From the IMG/VR virus record IMGVR_UViG_3300031519_004326, positions 8,380 through 72,379 of that record: a stretch of 64,000 bases of DNA, one strand, 5' to 3'. The first letter of the stretch is position 1. Each line of letters opens with the position of its first letter. The notes beneath the pieces were generated by a model that ran no database searches, was not told the origin of the DNA, and worked only from the letters and a program-made list of their open reading frames with translations. The position numbers and the translations under genes are program-made. The stretch comes from a virus. Taxonomy: Duplodnaviria > Caudoviricetes. This document shows, piece by piece, positions 37,987 to 47,629 of this stretch.

Positions 37987-38702
37987 TGGGATTACGTCAA
38001 GGCGCATTAAAAGATATGATGGATAATATCTTTGAAATAGATTCATTTGCTAGTAAAATGGGTGCTGATAAAGATATTATTACACTAAGTTTTAGCGTAA
38101 AAGAAAAAGCCCCAGCAGATGATTTAATGCACTTCTTAGAAAGAGGTTATAACTTTATCTTAGATGCAGATGTCACAGCTGGTGAACAATCAGACGGTAC
38201 ATATAAAGTATTTGTAGAAATGGCAAGAGATAAAAAAACATACGAAAATATACTAGAAATTATAGGTGGTGTTAAAAACCTTACTGAAATAGATAATTTC
38301 AAATTTAGATATTATAAGAATTGGCGGTCGCAAGATTTGTCACAAGAAACATTAGAAGAACTAGTTCCAAACGATCCAGATAATTACGGCATCAAAGTAG
38401 AAGAATCACGTATGGAAAACTATAAACAATTTTTTAATAAAAGTTTTGTAGATCAAGTTAATCTAAAAGAAACTACTTTAACTATCAAAAAAGCGTATGC
38501 AGATCCGTTAGCTTTTGAATTTATTGATTTTGGTGATGTTAATCCAATCAAAGATAACATTGATGGTAAGTTTGACATAATGGAAAGTTATCCTGAAATA
38601 CTCTTTTTAACCAAGTACATCGGCGACTACAACATAAGTAAGTATGGAGACAAACTTGTTTTTGAAAATGAAGGCAAGGGTCTAGTATTAAAAAGGATCT
38701 AA
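37986..38702 (+). CDS. hypothetical phage protein
   Basis: 238 aa coupled ORF; IDSFASKMG, FLERGY. Confidence 0.8.
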   Translation: MGLRQGALKDMMDNIFEIDSFASKMGADKDIITLSFSVKEKAPADDLMHFLERGYNFILDADVTAGEQSDGTYKVFVEMARDKKTYENILEIIGGVKNLTEIDNFKFRYYKNWRSQDLSQETLEELVPNDPDNYGIKVEESRMENYKQFFNKSFVDQVNLKETTLTIKKAYADPLAFEFIDFGDVNPIKDNIDGKFDIMESYPEILFLTKYIGDYNISKYGDKLVFENEGKGLVLKRI

Positions 38703-38703
38703 A

Positions 38704-39573
38704 ATGTTTGAATTACAAAAAGAACAACTAGCACAATTAATTCCAGGTAACAAAGAAGTTGACGCTTGGTACGAAGCTCTAGTAGCAGTTATGCCTAAAT
38801 ATGGTATTAACACAGAAAGAAGAGCTGCACACTTTATCAGTCAGTGCGCTCACGAAAGTAACAACTTTCGTTCATTACAAGAAAATTTAAACTATAGTGA
38901 AAAAGCACTCAAGGCTGTGTTTGGACGTTACTTTGGTGATGCTCCAAAAGCTAATGCAGCAGAATATGCACGTAACCCAGAAAAGATTGCAAACCGTGTT
39001 TACTTTGACAAATATCGTAAGTACAAGATGGGCAATACAAACGAAGGTGACGGTTGGTTATTCCGCGGACGTGGACTAAAACAACTTACTGGTCGCGAGA
39101 ACTACACCAAGTTTGGTGCTAGTGTAAATATGACAGCAGAAGAAGCAGCAGAATATGTTGCAACTCCAGCTGGTGCAGTAGAGTCAGCTTGCTGGTTCTG
39201 GGACACTAAGAAACTTAATAACATTGCGGACACAGACAACGTTACAAAGATGACTAAAGTTATTAACGGCGGCAACATTGGTCTTGCAGATCGACAACAG
39301 CGTTATGCTAAAGCAATGGAAGTATTTGGTAACCCCGTAAGTATTGTAGAAGATGACGGCGATGACAACTTTGACATCGACGAAATTGGTGTACTACGTA
39401 AAGGCTCACGTGGCGAAGGCGTTAAGATGATGCAAGAAGCATTAGGCGTTGGAGCAGACGGAGCATTTGGTCCAGGAACAGAACGTGCGCTTAAAGCGTG
39501 GCAAACAGCTAACGGATTAACTGCCGATGGCATTGCTGGTCCTGCAACACTCGGAGTACTCTTAGGAGACTGA
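38704..39573 (+). CDS. endolysin: GH19 lysozyme/chitinase-like domain + C-terminal peptidoglycan-binding domain
   Basis: QCAHES, FRGRGLKQLTGRENY, SACWFW, INGG; LRKGSRG...ADGAFGPGT...DGIAGPAT. Confidence 0.92.
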   Translation: MFELQKEQLAQLIPGNKEVDAWYEALVAVMPKYGINTERRAAHFISQCAHESNNFRSLQENLNYSEKALKAVFGRYFGDAPKANAAEYARNPEKIANRVYFDKYRKYKMGNTNEGDGWLFRGRGLKQLTGRENYTKFGASVNMTAEEAAEYVATPAGAVESACWFWDTKKLNNIADTDNVTKMTKVINGGNIGLADRQQRYAKAMEVFGNPVSIVEDDGDDNFDIDEIGVLRKGSRGEGVKMMQEALGVGADGAFGPGTERALKAWQTANGLTADGIAGPATLGVLLGD

Positions 39574-39574
39574 T

Positions 39575-40006
39575 ATGTTTGGCTCATTAAAAATTGCTAT
39601 TATTTTTGTTATTATCGGCTTAGCTGGTGGTGGAGTATTGTATGTTAAAAAACTGCAAAACGACCTAGAAACAGCACAAGCAAATGTTGCAAAAATGGAA
39701 GTAGCTGTTCAAATAAGTGAAGCAAGTTTAAAACTTGTAAACGACGAAACAGCAAGACTGGGTGATCTAAATACACAACTCAGTACAGATTTACAAAAAG
39801 CAGAGCAGTACGGAGATGAACTTCGTGCTACTCTACAACGTCATAATTTGACACACTTGGCTACTAAGAAGCCAGGTTTAATTCAACCAAGAATGCAAGG
39901 TGCAACGGATGAACTTTGGAATGACTTGGAGTCTATTACTAGCAATACCGCTACTAGCGAGTTGCAGTCTACTGACTCCGGAAGCACAGATACAAATAGT
40001 AACTAA
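39575..40006 (+). CDS. inner-membrane spanin (Rz-like)
   Basis: N-terminal TM then a long coiled coil, directly after the endolysin. Confidence 0.75.
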   Translation: MFGSLKIAIIFVIIGLAGGGVLYVKKLQNDLETAQANVAKMEVAVQISEASLKLVNDETARLGDLNTQLSTDLQKAEQYGDELRATLQRHNLTHLATKKPGLIQPRMQGATDELWNDLESITSNTATSELQSTDSGSTDTNSN

Positions 40007-40283
40007 TACAGTAAAAACTACTGTACCAATAGTTGCTCACCCTAAGCCTGTTCAAATGAACAGAGTTAAAATCTATGTGGTTAACGAAGATAACTTCGAA
40101 GAGTTTAAAGAAACGTTTTATGCTAAGAATGGCGAAACTGCCTGGATTGCAATTAGTGTAAAAGATTACGAAAATCTTTCGTTAAACTTTGCTGAGCTTC
40201 GCAGATACATTCAACAACAAAAAGAAGTTATTGTATACTACGAAGAAGCTGTTAAACCTGAAGAGGTTGACAAACAAGAATAG
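39900..40283 (+). CDS. outer-membrane spanin lipoprotein (Rz1-like)
   Basis: Lipobox LLAS-C; overlaps the 3' end of the i-spanin in another frame; start may be 39921. Confidence 0.75.
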   Translation: MQRMNFGMTWSLLLAIPLLASCSLLTPEAQIQIVTNTVKTTVPIVAHPKPVQMNRVKIYVVNEDNFEEFKETFYAKNGETAWIAISVKDYENLSLNFAELRRYIQQQKEVIVYYEEAVKPEEVDKQE

Positions 40284-40295
40284 TTTTGTTATACT
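40267..40295 (+). promoter_or_regulatory. sigma70-type promoter for iscU copy 1
   Basis: TTGACA (40267-40272), 17 nt, TATACT (40290-40295) with TG extension. Confidence 0.8.
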
Positions 40296-40318
40296 ATTAA
40301 AATAATAACTAAAAATTT

Positions 40319-40747
40319 ATGGCATATTCACAAAAAGTAGTAGATCGTTTTGAAGACGTTCTAAACAACCCGGCAAAGCACGGCGTAGGCCGCTTTGATC
40401 CAAAAGATCCTAATGTAGCAACAGGAATGACAGGAGCACCGGCGTGTGGCGATGTTATGAAACTTGATTTAAAAGTTAATCCTGACACTGATGTTATTGA
40501 AGATGTAAAATTTAAAACATACGGATGTGGCAGTGCAATAGCAAGTTCGACAATGTTTGTTGAAATGCTTACTGGTCTTACAATGACAGAAGCATTAGAA
40601 ATCAAAGATAGAGATATTGCTGAAGCATTAGAACTTCCTCCAATTAAATTACATTGTTCAGTGTTAGCTGAAGATTCAATTAAACGTGCCCTACAAGACT
40701 GGGACGAAAAGAAAGCGAAGCGTAAACATAACGGAGGACCAAAATAA
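40319..40747 (+). CDS. iscU: Fe-S scaffold IscU, divergent copy 1
   Basis: GAPACGD, TYGCGSA, LPPIKLHCS; N-terminus DRFEDVLNNP instead of DHYENP. Confidence 0.92.
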   Translation: MAYSQKVVDRFEDVLNNPAKHGVGRFDPKDPNVATGMTGAPACGDVMKLDLKVNPDTDVIEDVKFKTYGCGSAIASSTMFVEMLTGLTMTEALEIKDRDIAEALELPPIKLHCSVLAEDSIKRALQDWDEKKAKRKHNGGPK

Positions 40748-40932
40748 TGCCATTAAAATTTAAACCAAGCCAAACAATTAGAGATAAATCTGGTAAAACT
40801 AGAACCGAACACTTTTATATGAAGTCTACGTTGATGTCTGATTTAACCGAGGCGTTAGAAAATAAGAACACACATCCTAAAAGACGTCAGAAAATTCGTA
40901 ATGAACTTTTTAAACGCTCCATAAAAGAGTGA
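40747..40932 (+). CDS. hypothetical basic protein
   Basis: 61 aa coupled ORF. Confidence 0.65.
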   Translation: MPLKFKPSQTIRDKSGKTRTEHFYMKSTLMSDLTEALENKNTHPKRRQKIRNELFKRSIKE

Positions 40933-41094
40933 AAGAACGATTAGGAAATTTAATTAATCGTTTCCTAGAATGGTCTTTCCAACGTAACGCTACCAAGCAA
41001 TTCAACAAGTCTCAAAAAAACAATAAATAACTATTAAGCTAGTTCATACTAGCAATAGAAGATACACTAAAAACTAAAATAAGGGGACGCAGCC

Positions 41095-41463
41095 GTGGCG
41101 TATTCAGATAAAGTGTTAGATCATTACGAAAATCCTCGTAATGTTGGTAAGTGGGATCCGGCAGACAACATCGGAACTGGAATGGTAGGTGCTCCAGCTT
41201 GTGGTGATGTTATGCGGTTACAAATTAAAGTAGAAGAAGGCATTATTGTTGATGCTAAATTTAAAACATATGGTTGTGGTAGTGCTATTGCAAGTAGTAG
41301 CTTACTCACTGAATGGGTTAAAGGTATGACATTAGAAACAGCAGGTGAGATAAAGAATACCGATCTTGCAACTGAACTTGCTCTTCCACCAGTTAAAATA
41401 CATTGTAGTGTACTAGCAGAAGATGCTATTAAATCTGCAATAGCAGATTATAAATCAAAGTGA
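41095..41463 (+). CDS. iscU: Fe-S scaffold IscU, canonical copy 2
   Basis: [45 protein letters not shown]; GTG start after AGGGG. Confidence 0.96.
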   Translation: MAYSDKVLDHYENPRNVGKWDPADNIGTGMVGAPACGDVMRLQIKVEEGIIVDAKFKTYGCGSAIASSSLLTEWVKGMTLETAGEIKNTDLATELALPPVKIHCSVLAEDAIKSAIADYKSK

Positions 41464-41786
41464 TAACAATTACTGAGGTTGGTGCAGAACGTGTAACTGG
41501 CTTCTTAGAAACCCGTGGCAAAGGCCTAGGACTTAGAGTTAAGATAAAAACTACTGGGTGTTCGGGGTATGCGTATGTTTTAGAATTCGTTGATGCACTT
41601 AATGATGACGATACTATGTTTGACTCTAATGGTATAAAAATTATTGTTGATAAAAAGTCACTAGTAATGATAGATGGAACTCATCTAGATTATGTCAAAG
41701 AAGGACTCAACGAAGGGTTTCAATTCAAAAATCCCTGGGAAGACGCAACTTGCGGATGTGGCGAATCATTCACTCTTAAACAGTAA
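41460..41786 (+). CDS. iscA: A-type Fe-S carrier IscA, copy 2
   Basis: [28 protein letters not shown]. Confidence 0.94.
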   Translation: MITITEVGAERVTGFLETRGKGLGLRVKIKTTGCSGYAYVLEFVDALNDDDTMFDSNGIKIIVDKKSLVMIDGTHLDYVKEGLNEGFQFKNPWEDATCGCGESFTLKQ

Positions 41787-41827
41787 ATAATAATAAATAC
41801 ACATAGTAAAATAAAAAAGGGTTTATT

Positions 41828-42118
41828 ATGTGGGATTTAATCGAAAGACTAACGGGCGATACTTTGTGGATTTACACAAGTATACTTGGCGCAATAGCTG
41901 GCGCTGCATTTCTAGCTTATTTCAAAGATACAACAGCAGGGCTTTGGTGCTATGCTAAACTAGATCAATTCTTAGACTTCTTAGTTGTAAGATGGGGGTT
42001 GACTTGGTTCGAACAGCCTGCTGACGCCTGGCGTAAAAAATATCCCCACGTTACTAAAAAGATTGATGAGTTAGAAGCTCGTCTTGCTAAACTAGAGGGA
42101 AAGAAAAATGGCAAATAA
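41828..42118 (+). CDS. membrane protein
   Basis: TM segment plus short C-terminal coiled coil; late motif upstream. Confidence 0.7.
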   Translation: MWDLIERLTGDTLWIYTSILGAIAGAAFLAYFKDTTAGLWCYAKLDQFLDFLVVRWGLTWFEQPADAWRKKYPHVTKKIDELEARLAKLEGKKNGK

Positions 42119-42443
42119 GAAAACAATAACAGTTGATGATTCAGTTGCAGCAGCAATGGATGCAAACGGAGATGGACATATCTCCGCAGAAGAAATGGCA
42201 ATGGACCTTGAGTTCAAACGCAAGCGTTTAGAAGATCAAGATGCTATGCGTGACGCACAGCGCAATATGGCCTGGTTCGCATTGTTTGGTATGCTACTAT
42301 ACCCGTTCGCCGTTGTACTAGCAGTTTTAGCGGGCTTAGACCAGGCTGCAACAGTACTAGGGTCAATGGCTCCTACATACTTTGTATCTGTAGCAGCAAT
42401 TGTAGCAGCGTTTTATGCTAAAGAAGCTGTAGTCAATAAGTAA
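42108..42443 (+). CDS. EF-hand-containing membrane protein (holin-like topology)
   Basis: DANGDGHISAEE loop followed by 2 TM helices. Confidence 0.6.
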   Translation: MANKKTITVDDSVAAAMDANGDGHISAEEMAMDLEFKRKRLEDQDAMRDAQRNMAWFALFGMLLYPFAVVLAVLAGLDQAATVLGSMAPTYFVSVAAIVAAFYAKEAVVNK

Positions 42444-42475
42444 AAACTCTAATAGTCCGTGCGATAAGTAATTGT

Positions 42476-43285
42476 ATGGACTATTATTCTATCTTAGGTG
42501 TTCCTAAGAACGCTTCCGAAAAAGATTTAAAAAAGGCATACAAGAAAGCAAGTATGCAGCACCATCCTGACAGGGGTGGCAACGAAGAAACCTTTAAACA
42601 GGTAAACGAAGCATACTCTACATTAAAAGATCCGCAAAAACGTGCAGCGTACGACAATCCTCAACCACAGTACAATTTTAATACAGGCAATATGCAAGGT
42701 CATCCGTTTGAAGATATGTTTTCAGGTTTTGGTTTTGGCGCACAACGTGGTAGACAAAGACGCAATAGTGATGTTACAATAGGACTTAACTTAGATTTAA
42801 AAGATGTATTAACCGGTAAGAATCTTACTACAAGATATAGACTAGCAAACAATAGAATTAAGGAAGCAGACATAGATATACCAATTGGCGTTCCAGACGG
42901 GATTGGTATTCAGTTTCGCGGATTAGGAGATGATACAATTCCTAATATAGCGCCCGGAGATTTAATTGTTAAGATAAAAATTAAAAATCCACCAGGTTGG
43001 AGTCGGACAGGAAATGATTTGAAGACAAGTGTTTTTATTACTATCTTTGATTGTTTGTTAGGCGGAGCGGTAGAACTTGTTACACTTGATGGGAAAAGAA
43101 TAAGAATTACTATACCAAGAGGAACACAGCCAGGAGCAGTATTTAATGTAGCCGGTCACGGCATTCGTGATATGCAACTAGGCCATCGAGGTAATTTATT
43201 TGTAGAAATAAAACCTGTTGTACCAAATATTAAAAATGAAATTATACTACAAGACATAGAGAGAATAAAAAATGCACTTAATTAA
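42476..43285 (+). CDS. dnaJ: DnaJ-class chaperone lacking the zinc finger (CbpA-like)
   Basis: DYYSILGV, HPDRGG, F-rich linker, PGDL C-terminal domain. Confidence 0.92.
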   Translation: MDYYSILGVPKNASEKDLKKAYKKASMQHHPDRGGNEETFKQVNEAYSTLKDPQKRAAYDNPQPQYNFNTGNMQGHPFEDMFSGFGFGAQRGRQRRNSDVTIGLNLDLKDVLTGKNLTTRYRLANNRIKEADIDIPIGVPDGIGIQFRGLGDDTIPNIAPGDLIVKIKIKNPPGWSRTGNDLKTSVFITIFDCLLGGAVELVTLDGKRIRITIPRGTQPGAVFNVAGHGIRDMQLGHRGNLFVEIKPVVPNIKNEIILQDIERIKNALN

Positions 43286-43778
43286 ATCACCAGATCCGTG
43301 GTTACAGAAAAAAGTTGAACCATTTGACTTTGATTCGAACGATGCTGACACTATAAGTAAGGAAATGGTCGAGCTTATGACCACTTCAGGAGGCATTGGC
43401 CTAAGTGCTAATCAAGTAGGACTAGATGCACAAATATTTGTATTAAAACCGCATTTATTAGAAGACAACAATCCGCTTACTATAATTAACCCTGAACTAG
43501 TAAGTGTAACAGTTAACTACGAAGATATGCCGGAAGGATGTTTAAGTCATCCTGATTTATATTTAAAAGTTAAACGTCCACGCGGATTGGTTGCAAAGTA
43601 TCTTGACATTAACGCAAAAGAGTGTAAAATAGAACTATACGATATAGATGCAAGATGTTTTTTACACGAGTATGATCATCTTCAAGGTATAGAATTTACT
43701 GATAGAGTGTCACGTCTTAAAATAGATATGGCAAAGAAAAAACAAAGAAAATTACAGAGGAATAAGATAAATGGTTGA
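43272..43778 (+). CDS. def: peptide deformylase
   Basis: GIGLSANQ, EGCLS, HEYDH. Confidence 0.95.
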   Translation: MHLIKSPDPWLQKKVEPFDFDSNDADTISKEMVELMTTSGGIGLSANQVGLDAQIFVLKPHLLEDNNPLTIINPELVSVTVNYEDMPEGCLSHPDLYLKVKRPRGLVAKYLDINAKECKIELYDIDARCFLHEYDHLQGIEFTDRVSRLKIDMAKKKQRKLQRNKING

Positions 43779-46032
43779 ACCAAGTGCAACACTACAATTA
43801 GTATTTGATAAATCTATCAAGGATGCGAAAAAATTACAGCACGAATATGTTACACTAGAACATCTAGTGTTTGCAATGTTATGTGAGGAAAACTTTCATA
43901 ATCTAGTAACAGGGTTTGGAGCCGATGTTGATTTTCTTAAATCAAATTTAGAGCATTATTTAAAAAATAATCTAGACGAAATTAAAATTGAAGAGAAAAA
44001 ATATAAGCCTAAAAAAACACAGACTGTAGAGCGTGTTCTTAATAGAGCATTTACTCAAGTATTATTTCACGGACGTCCAGAAATTGAATTAACAGATGTA
44101 TTAATTAGTGTGCTATCTGAAAAGAAAGCAATGGCTACATATTACTTAGAGCAATCTAAAATAACAAAAGAATCATTTGCAGAATATGTTAGTTCTGAAT
44201 TAGGTGATCCTGAAGAAGAAGCTGAAATGTCAGGTGCTTCACAAAAAGCACTTCGTGCATTTACTACTAACCTTAATGACGAAGTAAAACAAAATAAAAT
44301 TGATCCTGTTATCGGACGTTCAGAAGAACTAGAAAGTATTGCACTTGCACTAGGTCGTCGAGCAAAGAATAATGTACTGATGGTAGGCGAGCCGGGTGTT
44401 GGTAAAACTGCTATTGCAGAAGGACTAGCTTGGAAAATTGTTAACGGCGATGTGCCAGAGTTTCTAAAAGAATATGCAGTATACAATCTAGACATTGGAT
44501 CACTACTAGCAGGTTCGAAATATAGAGGCGACTTTGAAGAACGTTTTAAACTTGTACTTGCCGGATTAAAAGGCAAAGGTAAAACTATTATGTTCATCGA
44601 CGAAGCACATATGATTAGCGGTGCTGGCGCAGGTGGCGGAAATAGTTCTAACGATCTTGCAAATATGTTAAAGCCTGCATTAAGTAAAGGTAACATTAAA
44701 GTTGTTGCATCAACTACTTGGGAAGAATATCGTAAGTACTTTGAAAAGGATCGTGCATTAATGCGTCGATTCCAACGTGTAACTGTTGATGAACCTACAC
44801 CAGAAGTAACTAAGGATATCTTGCGTGGCATTAAGAAATACTACGAAGATTATCACGCAACTGAAATTACAGAAAGTGCTATCGAAGCGGCTGTTAAACT
44901 TTCAGTTAAGTATCAAGCAGACAAAAAACTACCTGACAAAGCAATTGACTTAATTGATGTTGCGTGTTCACGTTTTAATTTAATTAAAGTAGTTGGTGAT
45001 AAAATTGTAACCGAAAGTAGTATTCAGTTTGAACTTGCTAAAATGCTTAACTTACCTGAAGAACAGGTTGCAGAAAAAGAAACAGAGAATCTTGCAAATC
45101 TTGATAAAAACTTAAAGTCTACAGTATACGGACAAGATGATGCTATTGATTCAATTGTTGATAAAATTCTTGTAAGTCAAGCAGGACTCAAAGCAGACGA
45201 TAAGCCAGTAGGTTCGTTTGTGTTTATGGGACCAACTGGTACAGGTAAAACTGAAACTGCTAAACAGTTAAGTGCGGCACTAGGTGTTAAACTTGTACGC
45301 TTTGATATGAGTGAATACCAAGAGAAGCACAGTGTATCTAAACTATTAGGTTCGCCTCCAGGGTATGTTGGACACGATGAAAAGGGAGGACTGTTGATTG
45401 AAAAGATTCAAGAGTCTCCTAACTGTGTACTATTACTTGACGAAATAGAAAAGGCACACCCAGACGTATCGCAGATACTATTGCAGATTATGGACAATGG
45501 TAAAGTAACTGGTGCTAATGGTAAGGAAGCTGATGCACGTAATTGTATTCTAATTCTTACTACTAACTTAGGTGCTAAAGATGCTGAGAAGAACACTATT
45601 GGATTTAGTGAAGACTTTGATGTTGAAAACTACGAAGACAAAGAACTTAAGAAATTCTTTGCACCAGAGTTTAGAAACAGACTTGATGGAGTAATTACAT
45701 TTGCTAAACTAGGCAAAGAAGTAATGATGAAGATTGTTGGCAAGTTCCTACTAGAACTTAAAAATATGGTTACTGAGAAAAATGTAATAATTGATATCAC
45801 TGACGAAGCACTAGACTACTTAGTTGACAAAGGCTTTGATCCTAAAATGGGTGCAAGACCATTACAGCGTGTAATTGATAAAGATATTAAACGCCCGCTG
45901 TCAAGAGAACTGTTGTTTGGTAATCTTAAAAATGGTGGAAATGTAACCGTAGATGTTAAGGACGGAGAATTAGTATTAAATACTACTAGTATTCCGGAGG
46001 AAGCAACTGTTGCAGAATCATCAGACAACTAA
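43771..46032 (+). CDS. clpA: ClpA-type AAA+ chaperone/protease ATPase
   Basis: HEYVTLEH N-domain, DPVIGR, GEPGVGKT, FIDEAH, GPTGTGKT, RFDMSEY, DEIEKAH, GARPL. Confidence 0.95.
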   Translation: MVEPSATLQLVFDKSIKDAKKLQHEYVTLEHLVFAMLCEENFHNLVTGFGADVDFLKSNLEHYLKNNLDEIKIEEKKYKPKKTQTVERVLNRAFTQVLFHGRPEIELTDVLISVLSEKKAMATYYLEQSKITKESFAEYVSSELGDPEEEAEMSGASQKALRAFTTNLNDEVKQNKIDPVIGRSEELESIALALGRRAKNNVLMVGEPGVGKTAIAEGLAWKIVNGDVPEFLKEYAVYNLDIGSLLAGSKYRGDFEERFKLVLAGLKGKGKTIMFIDEAHMISGAGAGGGNSSNDLANMLKPALSKGNIKVVASTTWEEYRKYFEKDRALMRRFQRVTVDEPTPEVTKDILRGIKKYYEDYHATEITESAIEAAVKLSVKYQADKKLPDKAIDLIDVACSRFNLIKVVGDKIVTESSIQFELAKMLNLPEEQVAEKETENLANLDKNLKSTVYGQDDAIDSIVDKILVSQAGLKADDKPVGSFVFMGPTGTGKTETAKQLSAALGVKLVRFDMSEYQEKHSVSKLLGSPPGYVGHDEKGGLLIEKIQESPNCVLLLDEIEKAHPDVSQILLQIMDNGKVTGANGKEADARNCILILTTNLGAKDAEKNTIGFSEDFDVENYEDKELKKFFAPEFRNRLDGVITFAKLGKEVMMKIVGKFLLELKNMVTEKNVIIDITDEALDYLVDKGFDPKMGARPLQRVIDKDIKRPLSRELLFGNLKNGGNVTVDVKDGELVLNTTSIPEEATVAESSDN

Positions 46033-46681
46033 ACTATTTTGGGGGGAATACCTATACAAATTTACATTTAATAATAGTATAGGATATATATTTCGTGACA
46101 AGAACTTTTCTAGAGCTAGAGAAGTTCTTGATCAACTCCAAACTGATTACGAACGCGGCAACCCATTAATAATAAAAAAATGGAGTCGCGAAGTTCCACT
46201 AAGTGAGCTTTCATTTCTTGATGCTAAAACACTTTATAAATTTCTAAGTCGAGCAAACAACTATCAACTTAGAATTGAAGGTAATTCTACTAACATCTAT
46301 TCAAATAATAAAGAGTGGTTGCATACTATTAAATGTGCAATTAATAAATCTAATTGGGTAGGATTTTGGGAACCTAGTGAGTATAGTATTAATATTCTTA
46401 CTCCAAATACTATAATGGTTGACAAAGCCAATGGTTACGAATTTAAAGTTACATTAGGTCCTAAACAAAGCGATACGCACGGATTTGCCAACTGGGCTCG
46501 AGGAAATCCAAACCAAGTACGTGTTGGTCCTGTATTAATGAATAATTTAGAAAGCCAAGGATTTGTTAGTGATTTATACTTTTATGCTAGAGACGAAAAA
46601 ACTGTACAATTATGTAGCCTAATGTTATCTAATATAAGGAGAGTTGATAAATTAGTTGTGCAACCTATTAATGATAAATAG
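46010..46681 (+). CDS. hypothetical protein
   Basis: 223 aa ORF overlapping the clpA end. Confidence 0.75.
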   Translation: MQNHQTTKLFWGEYLYKFTFNNSIGYIFRDKNFSRAREVLDQLQTDYERGNPLIIKKWSREVPLSELSFLDAKTLYKFLSRANNYQLRIEGNSTNIYSNNKEWLHTIKCAINKSNWVGFWEPSEYSINILTPNTIMVDKANGYEFKVTLGPKQSDTHGFANWARGNPNQVRVGPVLMNNLESQGFVSDLYFYARDEKTVQLCSLMLSNIRRVDKLVVQPINDK

Positions 46682-46685
46682 TTGT

Positions 46686-47021
46686 ATGAACAGTGAAACC
46701 ATCTTATCAGCAAATACACATCTAGGGGACAGTACTATAGAGACTGTAACTGGAGAGAAATTCAAAGGCGACGGTTACTACGGACGTAGTGACGGTTTCC
46801 ATACCGTACAATACAGCTACGCTGGGTTAACAGGAACAATAACTATACAAGGCACCCTTGCTACTAGTCCTGTTGATAGCGACTGGTTCGATGTACATAC
46901 ATATACAGCATCACAAGAAACAGCAAGTAAAGTAGCTAACTTTACGGGCAACTATGTATGGATTAGATCAAAAGTAGTATATACTGATGGCACTGTAACC
47001 AAGATTCAACTAAATCATTAA
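46686..47021 (+). CDS. probable virion beta-sandwich protein
   Basis: GTITIQGTL...DWFDV, WIRSKV; ATG 5 nt after ATAAATA. Confidence 0.65.
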   Translation: MNSETILSANTHLGDSTIETVTGEKFKGDGYYGRSDGFHTVQYSYAGLTGTITIQGTLATSPVDSDWFDVHTYTASQETASKVANFTGNYVWIRSKVVYTDGTVTKIQLNH

Positions 47022-47032
47022 AGGTAGTAATA

Positions 47033-47629
47033 ATGGAACATTTTGTAAGAGTAGTAATGGAGAAGCAAGATAATTTAAACGAAAGTTTAAATGAGTCAGT
47101 ATTTCCAGGAAGTGCAATATACGAATCCGAACAAGGTGCTAGTATATTTGAAATGCCTTTACCAGCAGAGCTAAGTGAAGAACAAGCAGAAGAATTTGCT
47201 AACAAACTAGCAGATTATGTTTTTGAACAAGGTTATGAAGACTTTGATATTGAAATTAGTGCTGACGGTGATGTATCTGAAGAAGAAGAAACATACGAAG
47301 ACGATGATGATTTCTTTGCCGAGTACGGTGAAATGTGGTACAACGAAGACGATGATCCAATTGACGAAGCAGAGTACCAAGGTCGTAAAGTTAAACTAGG
47401 CAAGCCTATGCAAGGTGATGTTAAGAAGTTTAAAGTTTATGTTAAAGATCCCAAGACAGGCAATACTAAAAAAGTAAACTTTGGACACGGCGGTAGCAGT
47501 GTTAAAGGTAAGGCTATGAAAATTAAGAAAAATAATCCAGCACGTAGACGTTCGTTTAGAGCAAGACATAATTGTGATAATCCAGGGCCACGTACTAAAG
47601 CAAGATATTGGAGTTGTAGAAAATGGTAA
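47033..47629 (+). CDS. modular acidic/basic protein, probably head-associated
   Basis: Acidic N-terminal half with LNE/DEA junctions; basic C-terminal module with RARHNC...RYWSC. Confidence 0.7.
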   Translation: MEHFVRVVMEKQDNLNESLNESVFPGSAIYESEQGASIFEMPLPAELSEEQAEEFANKLADYVFEQGYEDFDIEISADGDVSEEEETYEDDDDFFAEYGEMWYNEDDDPIDEAEYQGRKVKLGKPMQGDVKKFKVYVKDPKTGNTKKVNFGHGGSSVKGKAMKIKKNNPARRRSFRARHNCDNPGPRTKARYWSCRKW

